NCBI GenBank assembly: GCA_030639305.1
Contig: DAOWCY010000010.1
Location: forward strand, 2,773-66,772
From: Candidatus Aminicenantes bacterium
Lineage (GTDB): Bacteria > Acidobacteriota > Aminicenantia > UBA2199
Direction of reading: 5' to 3'
Length of the DNA stretch: 64,000 bases
In this document: one piece after another, positions 55,801 to 64,000 of the stretch
Position numbering within the stretch: position 1 is the first letter of the stretch
Layout of the letters: each line of letters starts with the position of its first letter
Made by a program: the position numbers and the translations under genes
Notes under the pieces: model-generated
The model's database searches: none
The model's input: the letters and a program-made list of their open reading frames with translations, nothing else
Told to the model about the DNA's origin: nothing

Positions 55801-58800
55801 CTATTTCGTTAAGGCTTCGCGGGCCGCTTTTAGATTCCGGGTTACATCAGCCACAACCGGATGCTCCTCTCCATAAATCTTCTTGCATAGGGTTAGGGCC
55901 TGCTCATAATACTCTACAGCTTTTCGATACTCTTTTCTACCGAAACACAAGGCCCCCAGGTTCTGCAAAACCACGGCTTCACCGGGATCCGCGCCCTTTT
56001 GGGACGCCCCGTAAATCGACAGCGCTTGCTCAAAATGAGACCGGGCTTTTTCGGTTTCTCCCAGGTCATCCCATGCCGCCGCCAGGCTGCTCAATATATG
56101 GGCTATTCTTGTGTGCTTCTCGCCATAGATTTTCTTCCAGGACTCCAGTACCTTTTCATAATATTCGATGCCTTTCTCCGGCTCGCCTAATGCGCTCCAG
56201 GCAGCGCCCAGGTTATGCAGCACCGTTCCCACTATATTCAAGGGAGGGCCGTCTTCCCCTGCCCCGCCATCGCGACTTCCAACCCCGCGAATCTCAACAT
56301 CGCGACTCTTACCGGGAGACGCCCCGATATTGTCCAACGCTTGTTCGTATAACTCGATGGCGTTTCGATGATCGCCCTCTATGCTGCGAATTAGGCCCAG
56401 GTTATGCAGGTCCCTGCCCACATCCGCATGTTTGTCCCCATGCAGCGAACGGTCCACGGCAAGCGCCTTATCGAGATATTCGGAGGCGGCGGCGTAATCG
56501 CCCGTTTCTTTCATGGTTAAGGCGGTTTCATTCAAAAGAAAAGTATCCGGAGCCGTAGATAACTCCCGCTTCTTTTTATCCAATTCTTCCAGCACCCACA
56601 AACCCACTCGCTTCGATTCATCGAGCGCAAGATGTTCCCGGTGATGCTTCACCAACATGCCGCCCGACTTAAGGGCGTCATCATATTTTTCGCTTTCCAG
56701 GTAATGGTAGGTCATTTCCTCGGCATCGACAACATAAACAGATGCTTTAGATGCGGATTTATGCTTGTAATACAGCAGGGCGGCTTCGTGACAGGCGTGG
56801 GTTTCTTCTTTAAGACCGGCCAGCAATCTCTCCTGCAGCAGTGGGGTGCCACGGTATGCCCGGCGCGCCTGGTCATACTCGATCAGACTCAACCGCAAAC
56901 CTTGTTCTAATAATTCCCGCCAACTTTTCACCCCGGCTTGTTCCGCTATAAGCTCCACACCTTCCCGGGACACGAAAAGACGGAAAACACTCATCCAACT
57001 CAACAACCGCTTTAAAGCGGCGCCGCCGCTTGCCAACAATTCTTCCAATACTTGCTCAGCGATGAATTTCTCTTGTTCGCCGACGATGGCAGCCGATAAA
57101 TCCATTTTTTCCACGGTTCCCACTTTTCCCAACATTTCGTCGAGCCTTTCCATTAAAAGAGGATTGCCCCGGCCTTCCGCGGCTAACCGTAAGTTGGGGA
57201 AACGGTATGAATACTGCAATATATTCTCCAATTCCCGCTCTTTTTTACGCTGTTCAGGCTCCCGGAAACCGGTGAGATAAACGGGTTGAAGTTTTTCCTG
57301 TATTAGGTCGCGGCCCCGCTGGGTGAGGGAAAAAGAGTAACGGCTGGTAATAATTATCTGCGTCATTTTACCGCCCAGGGGCAGGAAATGAAGCAGCGCC
57401 TCTAATAAACCGGCGGCCTGGGGCGTCAATAGGCCGGGCTGCCCCGCCTGCGCCCCTTCAAGGTTAAACTCGAAATCATCCAAAAGCAGCAGGTAGTTAT
57501 TTTCTTTAAAGCTGGTGGCGCACAGGTCGGCCAACCGGTCTTCCATCTCCCCTTTCCGATCAAGTATTTCCCTGCCTTTTTCATCCTGGGCGGCCACAAA
57601 AGCATCGGTTAATGCGGATTTCAGCGAGACGTTGTCCAATTTGCCCTGTACCACGACCAATTTATGGTCCGTGAACCGCTCGCAGATCTTACCGGCCAGG
57701 CAGCTTTTACCCGAGCCGCCGCTGCCCAAGAGCAGCACCCCGGTTTTATCGAAATTCCGCCTCAGAGCCTGTAAACTCATCTGCAGCTGCCGCCTCCTGC
57801 CGACAAATCCTTGTTCCAGCACTTTTACCGGCCCCAAATAGGTGTGTGTCATGCGCCTAAGCTGGGGCCGGCGGGGCTGGCCTTTCTTTACCATGCCGCC
57901 TATAGACATGCCGCCGGCGAATAACCGCAGTAAGGGCCAGGCGTGACCGGGACTGTCCGCGAACTTCTGCGCCAATTCATACCGCGCCCGCTGGACAGCT
58001 TCGAGTATGCTTTTGCCCCGGCTCAGTTCATGATAGATCATTTTCTCAGCTTGCGTGGCCTGTTGGTCGCTGACCGGACGTCCCCAGCCCAACACCGCGG
58101 GCACATGGTGTTTTTCCACCATGTGCCGGGCAAAAGAAATAGCCGCTTTGGGGTCCGGGGTCTGCCCGGTGCGGCAGCCCGATAAAAACAACAACCGGGG
58201 GGGATTTTCGATCAGGGCTTTATCCCACAAACGGTTGGGGAATACATCGTCACGGTGGCCGGTTTCATTCTCCATGATGAAAAAAGGGGTTTCCTTTTCT
58301 CTGCCGTGGTGTAAATGTTTGCGGTAAGGATAAGTCGCTTCCCCTGGCCCAGCGCTTTTGGAAATTCCTTCCTTAGAGTGTGAGGCCCCCGCTCTCTTAA
58401 TACCGGCGTGCCCCGATAGGTGCACCACATCATACTGCTGCTGCTCCAGTTTTCCCTTCAGCCCCGTTAAAGAACCGGAGTCCTCCACTTCCATTTCCAC
58501 GGCCAATTTTTCCGTCACCTGGAATATGGACTCCTCCTCCTTTTCGAAATTCAGCTCCGGTTCCACATCGATGGCTGAACTGGCCATGAACAATAAACGC
58601 ATCGGCCGGTCTTCGGGGGAAACCGGGTTGTCTATGCCCCAATCAGATACGTATCGAATGAGATGAATCCGCCGCTGCAGCAAAAACTCGCCCTTTCGAG
58701 CCAAAAGTTCAAAGGGCCAGTCGGCTGCCGCCGGGCATGTGAGCAGGTGGAGCCGCAGCGCTCCACCGCGCCTCCCGGCTTTATCCAAAGCCCGCTTCAA

Positions 58801-59016
58801 GTGGCGGGCGTCGCCGTCTAAAAAACGAAACAACAACTCGCCCACACCTGTTTGATGAGCAGGATGTTCCCAGGAGGATTCCACTTCCCGGGCTGTAATT
58901 TCCCCTGCCGGCTGTTCGAAACTATCTTCGCTTTCGGCCTCCACGTCGTACCAGGTGACCTGGAAACGATCCTCTTGCCCCGTGGGGCTAACGGTTACTT
59001 TCGCAGTATAAGACAT
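55801..59016 (-). CDS. CHAT protease - P-loop NTPase (STAND-like) - TPR protein
   Basis: CHAT VHLSGHA/LFLSGCRT; FVGRRR; Walker A GSGGSGKS; Walker B LLLLDDFE; GNPL; kinesin-light-chain-type TPRs (LHNLG...YGEKHT). Confidence 0.92.
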   Translation of the reverse strand: MSYTAKVTVSPTGQEDRFQVTWYDVEAESEDSFEQPAGEITAREVESSWEHPAHQTGVGELLFRFLDGDARHLKRALDKAGRRGGALRLHLLTCPAAADWPFELLARKGEFLLQRRIHLIRYVSDWGIDNPVSPEDRPMRLLFMASSAIDVEPELNFEKEEESIFQVTEKLAVEMEVEDSGSLTGLKGKLEQQQYDVVHLSGHAGIKRAGASHSKEGISKSAGPGEATYPYRKHLHHGREKETPFFIMENETGHRDDVFPNRLWDKALIENPPRLLFLSGCRTGQTPDPKAAISFARHMVEKHHVPAVLGWGRPVSDQQATQAEKMIYHELSRGKSILEAVQRARYELAQKFADSPGHAWPLLRLFAGGMSIGGMVKKGQPRRPQLRRMTHTYLGPVKVLEQGFVGRRRQLQMSLQALRRNFDKTGVLLLGSGGSGKSCLAGKICERFTDHKLVVVQGKLDNVSLKSALTDAFVAAQDEKGREILDRKGEMEDRLADLCATSFKENNYLLLLDDFEFNLEGAQAGQPGLLTPQAAGLLEALLHFLPLGGKMTQIIITSRYSFSLTQRGRDLIQEKLQPVYLTGFREPEQRKKERELENILQYSYRFPNLRLAAEGRGNPLLMERLDEMLGKVGTVEKMDLSAAIVGEQEKFIAEQVLEELLASGGAALKRLLSWMSVFRLFVSREGVELIAEQAGVKSWRELLEQGLRLSLIEYDQARRAYRGTPLLQERLLAGLKEETHACHEAALLYYKHKSASKASVYVVDAEEMTYHYLESEKYDDALKSGGMLVKHHREHLALDESKRVGLWVLEELDKKKRELSTAPDTFLLNETALTMKETGDYAAASEYLDKALAVDRSLHGDKHADVGRDLHNLGLIRSIEGDHRNAIELYEQALDNIGASPGKSRDVEIRGVGSRDGGAGEDGPPLNIVGTVLHNLGAAWSALGEPEKGIEYYEKVLESWKKIYGEKHTRIAHILSSLAAAWDDLGETEKARSHFEQALSIYGASQKGADPGEAVVLQNLGALCFGRKEYRKAVEYYEQALTLCKKIYGEEHPVVADVTRNLKAAREALTK

Positions 59017-59260
59017 TTTTTTTCTCCTAAATTAGTCTACCATAATCAGGGCCCGCGGAGCGGTTTATACCATTTCCACGTGGTGGCCCCGCACCCCACC
59101 GCCGCCGCATCCGGCAGCGGTGGAGATTGCCCCCCCACCTTTCTCTCCTATTATATCCCCGGTGTGCCTTAAAAATCGAGGCCGCCTACACATCATAACT
59201 GCCCAAAATTCTTACCTTACAGGTATCTTGCCGTAATGATTCCCGGCATGTTTCGCCCTC

Positions 59261-59321
59261 ATTATAACCGGCAAGCTGCCGGGATGCGATAAAAATAGTC
59301 TCAAAATCGGTAAAAATCGTC
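59261..59321 (-). promoter_or_regulatory. Shared regulon promoter, copy E
   Basis: Minus strand: GACGATTTT-taccgattttga-GACTATTTT-ta-TCGCAT-17 nt-TATAAT. Confidence 0.8.
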
Positions 59322-59400
59322 CATTCAAACAAAAATGAACGAAAATAGGCAAAAAAAAGATACCTGCCCTATGGGAATTCAACGGGGTGTAACTATGCCG

Positions 59401-62400
59401 TCAAGGTTTTTCAACAGATTCCTGTGGAGATTTGCCCTCCGCCGCCTGGAAAGCGGAAGGAGTCAGGTGGTACTTCTCCCGGAAACATTTGGCAAAATAT
59501 TGAGACGTTGAGAAACCCACCTTCATAGCCACTTCCGTGACATTCCCGAATTTGTCTCTCAGTAATTGCGTTCCCCGCTCCAATCGATAGGACTGGATAA
59601 ATTGCTTGGGCGATTCCCCGGTTATGGCTTTTATCTTTTTGAAAAGGGTAGACCGTCCCATGTACAATTTGTCGCTCAATTCATCTACACCGAAATCGGC
59701 ATCATCTAAATTTTTTTCTATGATGGCCTGGAAATCTTTCAAAAATTCATCGTCCATGGAAGAAACCGGGATTTCAGAAGGCAGCAGCATCTTCTCACGC
59801 TGGATTTTTAATTGCAGTTGGCGGCGCAATTCGATGAGGTTCTCGATGCGGGCCAACAGGATGTCGGCATTAAAGGGCTTGGTGACATAATCGTCCGCCC
59901 CGGTTTTTAATCCCTTGATGGTATCCTCCTCCAATGCTTTGGCTGTTAACAGTATTATCGGTATGTGACTGGTTTCCCTATCTTTCTTTAATTCCCGGCA
60001 CAGCTCATAACCATCCATTTCGGGCATCATAATGTCGCTGACGATCAGGTCCGGGATAATCTCTTTGGCTTTCGCTATTCCTTGTTTTCCATCGGTGGCT
60101 TCTTCGACGGTATAATAAGGTTCCAGGGTGTCACGAATGTGCAGCCGCATGTCGGAATGATCTTCCACGATCAACACTACATTTTTTTCCTCTCCTTCGG
60201 GTTTACCCGTTGGCTCCGGGACTGCTTCGATTATTTCGCTTTTTTCATCTTCTACGTCCATCCCTGCTTCGTCGTTGTCTCCCGGAACTGTTAAGCCTTC
60301 AAAATCGCCGCGTCTTTCAAGACCGGTGACTTCAGCAGCAGATGCGGCGATTTCATCTTCCCGAAGGTGCTGCATGCCTAAAGGAAGTTGAATAACGAAC
60401 TCGGTTCCTTTCCCTTCCTGGCTGTGCACATCTATTTTGCCATGATGCAGCAGGACCACCTCTTTGGTTAATGCCAGGCCGATGCCGGTGCCTTTTAGGG
60501 AATTCTTCTTGAAACTTTTGGCCTGGTAAAAACGGTCGAAGATATTGGGCAAATACTCTTTGGGAATCCCGATGCCTGTGTCGCGCACCGATATGATAAT
60601 AAAATCGTCCTCTTTTTGCGAGCTGCCCTGCCGGGTTTGCCGGGAAACAGAGAGTGTTATTTTACCGCCTTCGGGGGTAAATTTGACGGCGTTGATCAGG
60701 AGATTGTTGATTACTTGCGTCATCTTCTGGGCATCGAAATACAGCGATATCTCTTCTTCTTCATAAGAAAAATCCAGTGCTAATTTGTTTTTTTCGGCCA
60801 GTTCCTGGAAAGCTGCCGCCGCTTCTTTCAAAAAAGAGACGATATTTTGCCGGGAGGCCTGTAATTTCATGCTGCCGCTGTCGAAGCGCGACAGGTCCAA
60901 CAATTGGTTGATCAGGGTAAGCAGGTGCCGCGAATTGCGCAGCATGAGAGCGAATTTCTTTTCCTGTCCCTTGTCACGGTTCCGGGAACGCATTTGCTCC
61001 AGCGGACTCATAATCAATGTTAAGGGAGTGCGGAATTCATGGGATATGTTGGTGAAAAACCTGGACTTGACTTTGTCCATCTCTTTGAGTTTCTCCGATT
61101 GGCCTTGTAATTTTTGGGTTTGTTCTTGCAATTGTCGATTTTTCTCTTTGATTTCCCCGGTGCGTTCTTTGATGATTTGCTCCAATCTGTATGCTTCCTT
61201 TTCCAATCTAACAGATCGCCTCCACTTGCCAACAAGGTACATCAGCATAAAAGGAACAAGAAAATAAGACAAAAACGCCCACCATGTTCTATACCATGGC
61301 AACAAAATTTTAAACTGAAAAACCTCTTCAGGGCTTAAAATCCCGTATATATTCTTCGATTGTACCCGGAATCTATACACGCCTGCGTCCAGATTAGTAT
61401 AATACTTTTGGGTACCTTTTTTCCAGTTAGACCAGTTTGCCTCATAACCTTCAAGGAAAAAACGATACAATGTTTCGTCTTCGGCTTCGAAGAACGGGGT
61501 GGCAAATTCAAAATGAAGGTTTCTCTCCGCATATTCAAAAATCGGCATGGAGGGGGTTGTTTTATCTGCCCCTGGGCCGCCGGGTTCACCGGTTTTATGA
61601 CCATCGAAAATCAATCGCTCATTTACATATATCTTTCTTAACAGGGTGTTGAAATCCTGCCGGTAATTCTTTTTCACCGTGGCATCGTAACGAATTAATC
61701 CCTCCATACCGGCAAACCAGGCATTTTCTCCATCCGGGTCAGGATAGATGGCGTTCACCTGGGCAGTGGTGGGAATCCTGCAGAAAGGCGCGGCATCGAT
61801 TCTAAAGGTCCCGTCCGGCCCGGGCACGGCCCGGTAGTTCTTCGATTCGGAATGAAACCAGATATTTTTATCACGGTCTTCTATAATACGAAAAACAGGT
61901 TTGCCGTTTTTACCTCCTGTAAATCGTTCCCCTAATAAGGGATCCGGGATCAGGGTATTTTTCTTTTTATCGAAACGAAATAAACCTTTATCCGCCGCAA
62001 ATACCACATGACCCGCGGCCCGGGCCACATAGGCTTCACCTGCCGCGCTGTCGGGCGCGGTATAGGTAGATATAACGGGATCTCCTCCGGCAGCTTTAAA
62101 ATCCACCTGCAAAAAATTGCCTCCGGCAGCGCCCAACCACAGACTGCCCGACGGTTCTTCGACGATGGAATGTATCTCCTGCGTTATGGTTTTAAAGCGG
62201 TGGTTTAGTTCCCAACCGCCGTTTTTTCGAGTTAACAAAGCCAATCCGTTAGTCGTCCCACACCAAACCGCACCGGGAGCGCGGCGGGACTGCACCAATA
62301 CATAGGACCTGTCTCCGAGCACTTTCCGGCTTATATTTTTTTTTATATCCACCTGGAAAACACCGGCGGTAGCAGCGATTAGGAGCGAATGATCTACCGA

Positions 62401-63651
62401 CAGCAAACTCGAACAGTTGCCGGGAATTCCGTCTTTAGAAAGAAGTATGGGACGAAAGATTTTTTCATCAGGGCGCAGCACATACAAACCCTGGGAGGTG
62501 CCGGCGTATAAATCACCCCGGTGACGCACCACAGATATAACGATACCGGGCAAACCGGCGCGGTCATCATAGAGAAAAAAAGGCGAGCTGTATTCGATCC
62601 TGGATATGCCGCGATCTAAAGCTAACCACAGGCTGCCCTGTTTGTCTTCGAAAACATACCTTACGTTTTGATCCTGCAGCCCGGAGCGTTTATCCACGAT
62701 GCGTTTTAAACCTCCCCGGGCGTCCATAATTAACAGGCCGCCGTTGTTCGTAGCCAGGGCAAAATCGCCGCCCGATGTGCGTATACCGTGCGACGCCCTG
62801 TTATTTTTGATGTATTCCCCCACTTTTGTGGGAAAAGGTTCCATATTTGTACCGTCATAGAGGAAAAGCCCTTTCGAACGAGCGCCGATCAGCAGCGGTC
62901 CTCCGGCATCGGTGTTATATGGGGCCATGAAGTAAATAACATCACTGGCGAATATTTCTCCACCAGGGAGCGCCTCCGGCGAATCGTTTACAATCCGCAT
63001 GAGACCGGTGCTTGCCCGGTTGATAAAAAGGCTGCCCCTGCATAAAAAAGAACCGTTAAACTTACGATCCGTCGTCCATACTTTCATTTTTTCAGAATCC
63101 CAGCGGAATAGAAACTTCGAAGTCCTGAAATAGACGCCCTCTTTGGCGGCATGGGTTTTCCACACGTCGGCAAAATTCCGTTGACTCTCATCCAGTTTGT
63201 TTACCAGGGAGACGTAGTGCAAAGTGCCTTTTTCGTTCGCGGCTAAATACCCGATTTCATTTTTCCCGCCGATGTAAACAGTGCCGGTTTCAGCGATAGC
63301 CAATGAATTGACTGTATAGTTCGGTATATCCTCGTAAACGACCCGCCAGGAAACCCCGTCATATATCAACACTCCGGCCCCGTTCGCCACGTAGATAATG
63401 CCGTTTTTTGCCTGGGCAATGCCCCAATTTTGGTGGAAATGATCGTAATCTTTACTACTGAAGTTTTTGAAATATTTGCAGCCCGAGTCTCCGGCGTACA
63501 GGCGCAAGCCCTGGCCAGTGAAGAGAAGCAGCGTAAAGATTAAGATTTTTAAAATAAATATGATTTTTCCATGCGCTTGTTTTTTGAAGTCGTTTAGGAT
63601 CGCATTGCTCCTCATTTTCTTTTTAAAACTTACCTGTTGATATTTAACCAT
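59401..63651 (-). CDS. Hybrid two-component system: beta-propeller/Y_Y_Y sensor, HisKA, HATPase, REC, AraC HTH
   Basis: Propeller repeats (FEDKQGSLWLA); YRFFLEGYE..WS...YTNLDAGVYRFRV; PWYRTWWA TM; NISHEFRTPL; NLLINAVKFT; DTGIGI; GTGIGL; VSDIMMPEMDG; KPF; NVTEVAMKVGFSTSQYFAKCFREKYHLTPS. Confidence 0.95.
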   Translation of the reverse strand: MVKYQQVSFKKKMRSNAILNDFKKQAHGKIIFILKILIFTLLLFTGQGLRLYAGDSGCKYFKNFSSKDYDHFHQNWGIAQAKNGIIYVANGAGVLIYDGVSWRVVYEDIPNYTVNSLAIAETGTVYIGGKNEIGYLAANEKGTLHYVSLVNKLDESQRNFADVWKTHAAKEGVYFRTSKFLFRWDSEKMKVWTTDRKFNGSFLCRGSLFINRASTGLMRIVNDSPEALPGGEIFASDVIYFMAPYNTDAGGPLLIGARSKGLFLYDGTNMEPFPTKVGEYIKNNRASHGIRTSGGDFALATNNGGLLIMDARGGLKRIVDKRSGLQDQNVRYVFEDKQGSLWLALDRGISRIEYSSPFFLYDDRAGLPGIVISVVRHRGDLYAGTSQGLYVLRPDEKIFRPILLSKDGIPGNCSSLLSVDHSLLIAATAGVFQVDIKKNISRKVLGDRSYVLVQSRRAPGAVWCGTTNGLALLTRKNGGWELNHRFKTITQEIHSIVEEPSGSLWLGAAGGNFLQVDFKAAGGDPVISTYTAPDSAAGEAYVARAAGHVVFAADKGLFRFDKKKNTLIPDPLLGERFTGGKNGKPVFRIIEDRDKNIWFHSESKNYRAVPGPDGTFRIDAAPFCRIPTTAQVNAIYPDPDGENAWFAGMEGLIRYDATVKKNYRQDFNTLLRKIYVNERLIFDGHKTGEPGGPGADKTTPSMPIFEYAERNLHFEFATPFFEAEDETLYRFFLEGYEANWSNWKKGTQKYYTNLDAGVYRFRVQSKNIYGILSPEEVFQFKILLPWYRTWWAFLSYFLVPFMLMYLVGKWRRSVRLEKEAYRLEQIIKERTGEIKEKNRQLQEQTQKLQGQSEKLKEMDKVKSRFFTNISHEFRTPLTLIMSPLEQMRSRNRDKGQEKKFALMLRNSRHLLTLINQLLDLSRFDSGSMKLQASRQNIVSFLKEAAAAFQELAEKNKLALDFSYEEEEISLYFDAQKMTQVINNLLINAVKFTPEGGKITLSVSRQTRQGSSQKEDDFIIISVRDTGIGIPKEYLPNIFDRFYQAKSFKKNSLKGTGIGLALTKEVVLLHHGKIDVHSQEGKGTEFVIQLPLGMQHLREDEIAASAAEVTGLERRGDFEGLTVPGDNDEAGMDVEDEKSEIIEAVPEPTGKPEGEEKNVVLIVEDHSDMRLHIRDTLEPYYTVEEATDGKQGIAKAKEIIPDLIVSDIMMPEMDGYELCRELKKDRETSHIPIILLTAKALEEDTIKGLKTGADDYVTKPFNADILLARIENLIELRRQLQLKIQREKMLLPSEIPVSSMDDEFLKDFQAIIEKNLDDADFGVDELSDKLYMGRSTLFKKIKAITGESPKQFIQSYRLERGTQLLRDKFGNVTEVAMKVGFSTSQYFAKCFREKYHLTPSAFQAAEGKSPQESVEKP

Positions 63652-63853
63652 TTCAACCTCACGGAATTCCTAAAGATCACTCACAATAACAAAAAAAATA
63701 TGAAAAGTATAAAAAGTCATTTCACTATCTCTTTTTTTTAGTTTATAGTATACATCAGGATGCATATATTTTTCAAGCCAGTTGGACAGTAGTTCCACAT
63801 TTTTTAAAGGTCAAAGAATTTTCTTAATAAATATTTTCATACGGGGCCGTAAT

Positions 63854-63937
63854 CTGTGCAGTGATCCTGAAACGCTATGCAATGGCGATGAAATGCTGTG
63901 CAATGACCATGATCCAGTGTGCGGAAACCATTTAATC
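63854..63937 (+). repeat. Four degenerate 21-bp tandem repeats upstream of the HTCS gene
   Basis: ctgtgc/ctatgc/ctgtgc/gtgtgc at 63854, 63875, 63896 and 63917, with conserved downstream A.TG..C.TGA positions. Confidence 0.6.
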
Positions 63938-63943
63938 GGAAAG

Positions 63944-64000
63944 TATAATGGACCCTTAAAATTGGACAGTTAGTTAAGCTTTTTCTAAACCAATTTTAAG
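63944..64000 (-). mobile_element. Possible IS3-family terminal inverted repeat and transposase C-terminus at the window edge
   Basis: tataatggacccttaaaattggacagttagttaag resembles IS3-type ends as I recall them; the minus strand reads ...LKIGLEKA* into it. No transposase body is visible. Confidence 0.3.

Noticed and set aside
1-59016. Bacterial gasdermin as the protease substrate
   Set aside because: No ORF of suitable size and character was recognised. A remote homolog cannot be excluded without an HMM search.

Overview
Gene-dense bacterial accessory region with no rRNA, tRNA, CRISPR array, cas gene or complete transposase. It is dominated by conflict- and signalling-type multidomain proteins. 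(1) A minus-strand block (1-14408) encodes TPR-TM, 2TM-DUF5919-like, CHAT-fascin, two CHAT-TIR-4TM and two TPR-CHAT proteins. (2) A divergent, about 30 kb plus-strand gene run (14810-44404) encodes a Zn-ribbon/Ig-Hsp70, a degenerate Hsp70, a membrane-anchored GrpE-like protein, a beta-propeller, a vWA-TM protein, a 1401-aa tubulin/FtsZ-like (Tubulin_2) protein, trypsin, YfaP-like, two FGE-sulfatase-domain proteins, a TonB-dependent receptor, a 4x TonB-C-like protein and a CHAT-nSTAND1-TM-WD40 protein. (3) An XRE gene is followed by a CHAT-STAND-HDAC-fold fusion and two acetolactate decarboxylases, bracketed by a 111-bp direct repeat of the XRE 3' end. (4) The right part holds DUF4177/YidD-like genes, a caspase-multiTM protein, a trypsin lacking its catalytic Ser, a CHAT-NTPase-TPR protein and a hybrid two-component AraC regulator. 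Nine proteins have a caspase/CHAT fold with an intact His-Cys dyad. Five promoters share an identical architecture (GACTATTTT-like direct repeats 21 bp apart, abutting a weak -35, then TATAAT), which points to one AraC-type regulon over most of the island. Domain calls come from motif recognition by eye, not from database searches.
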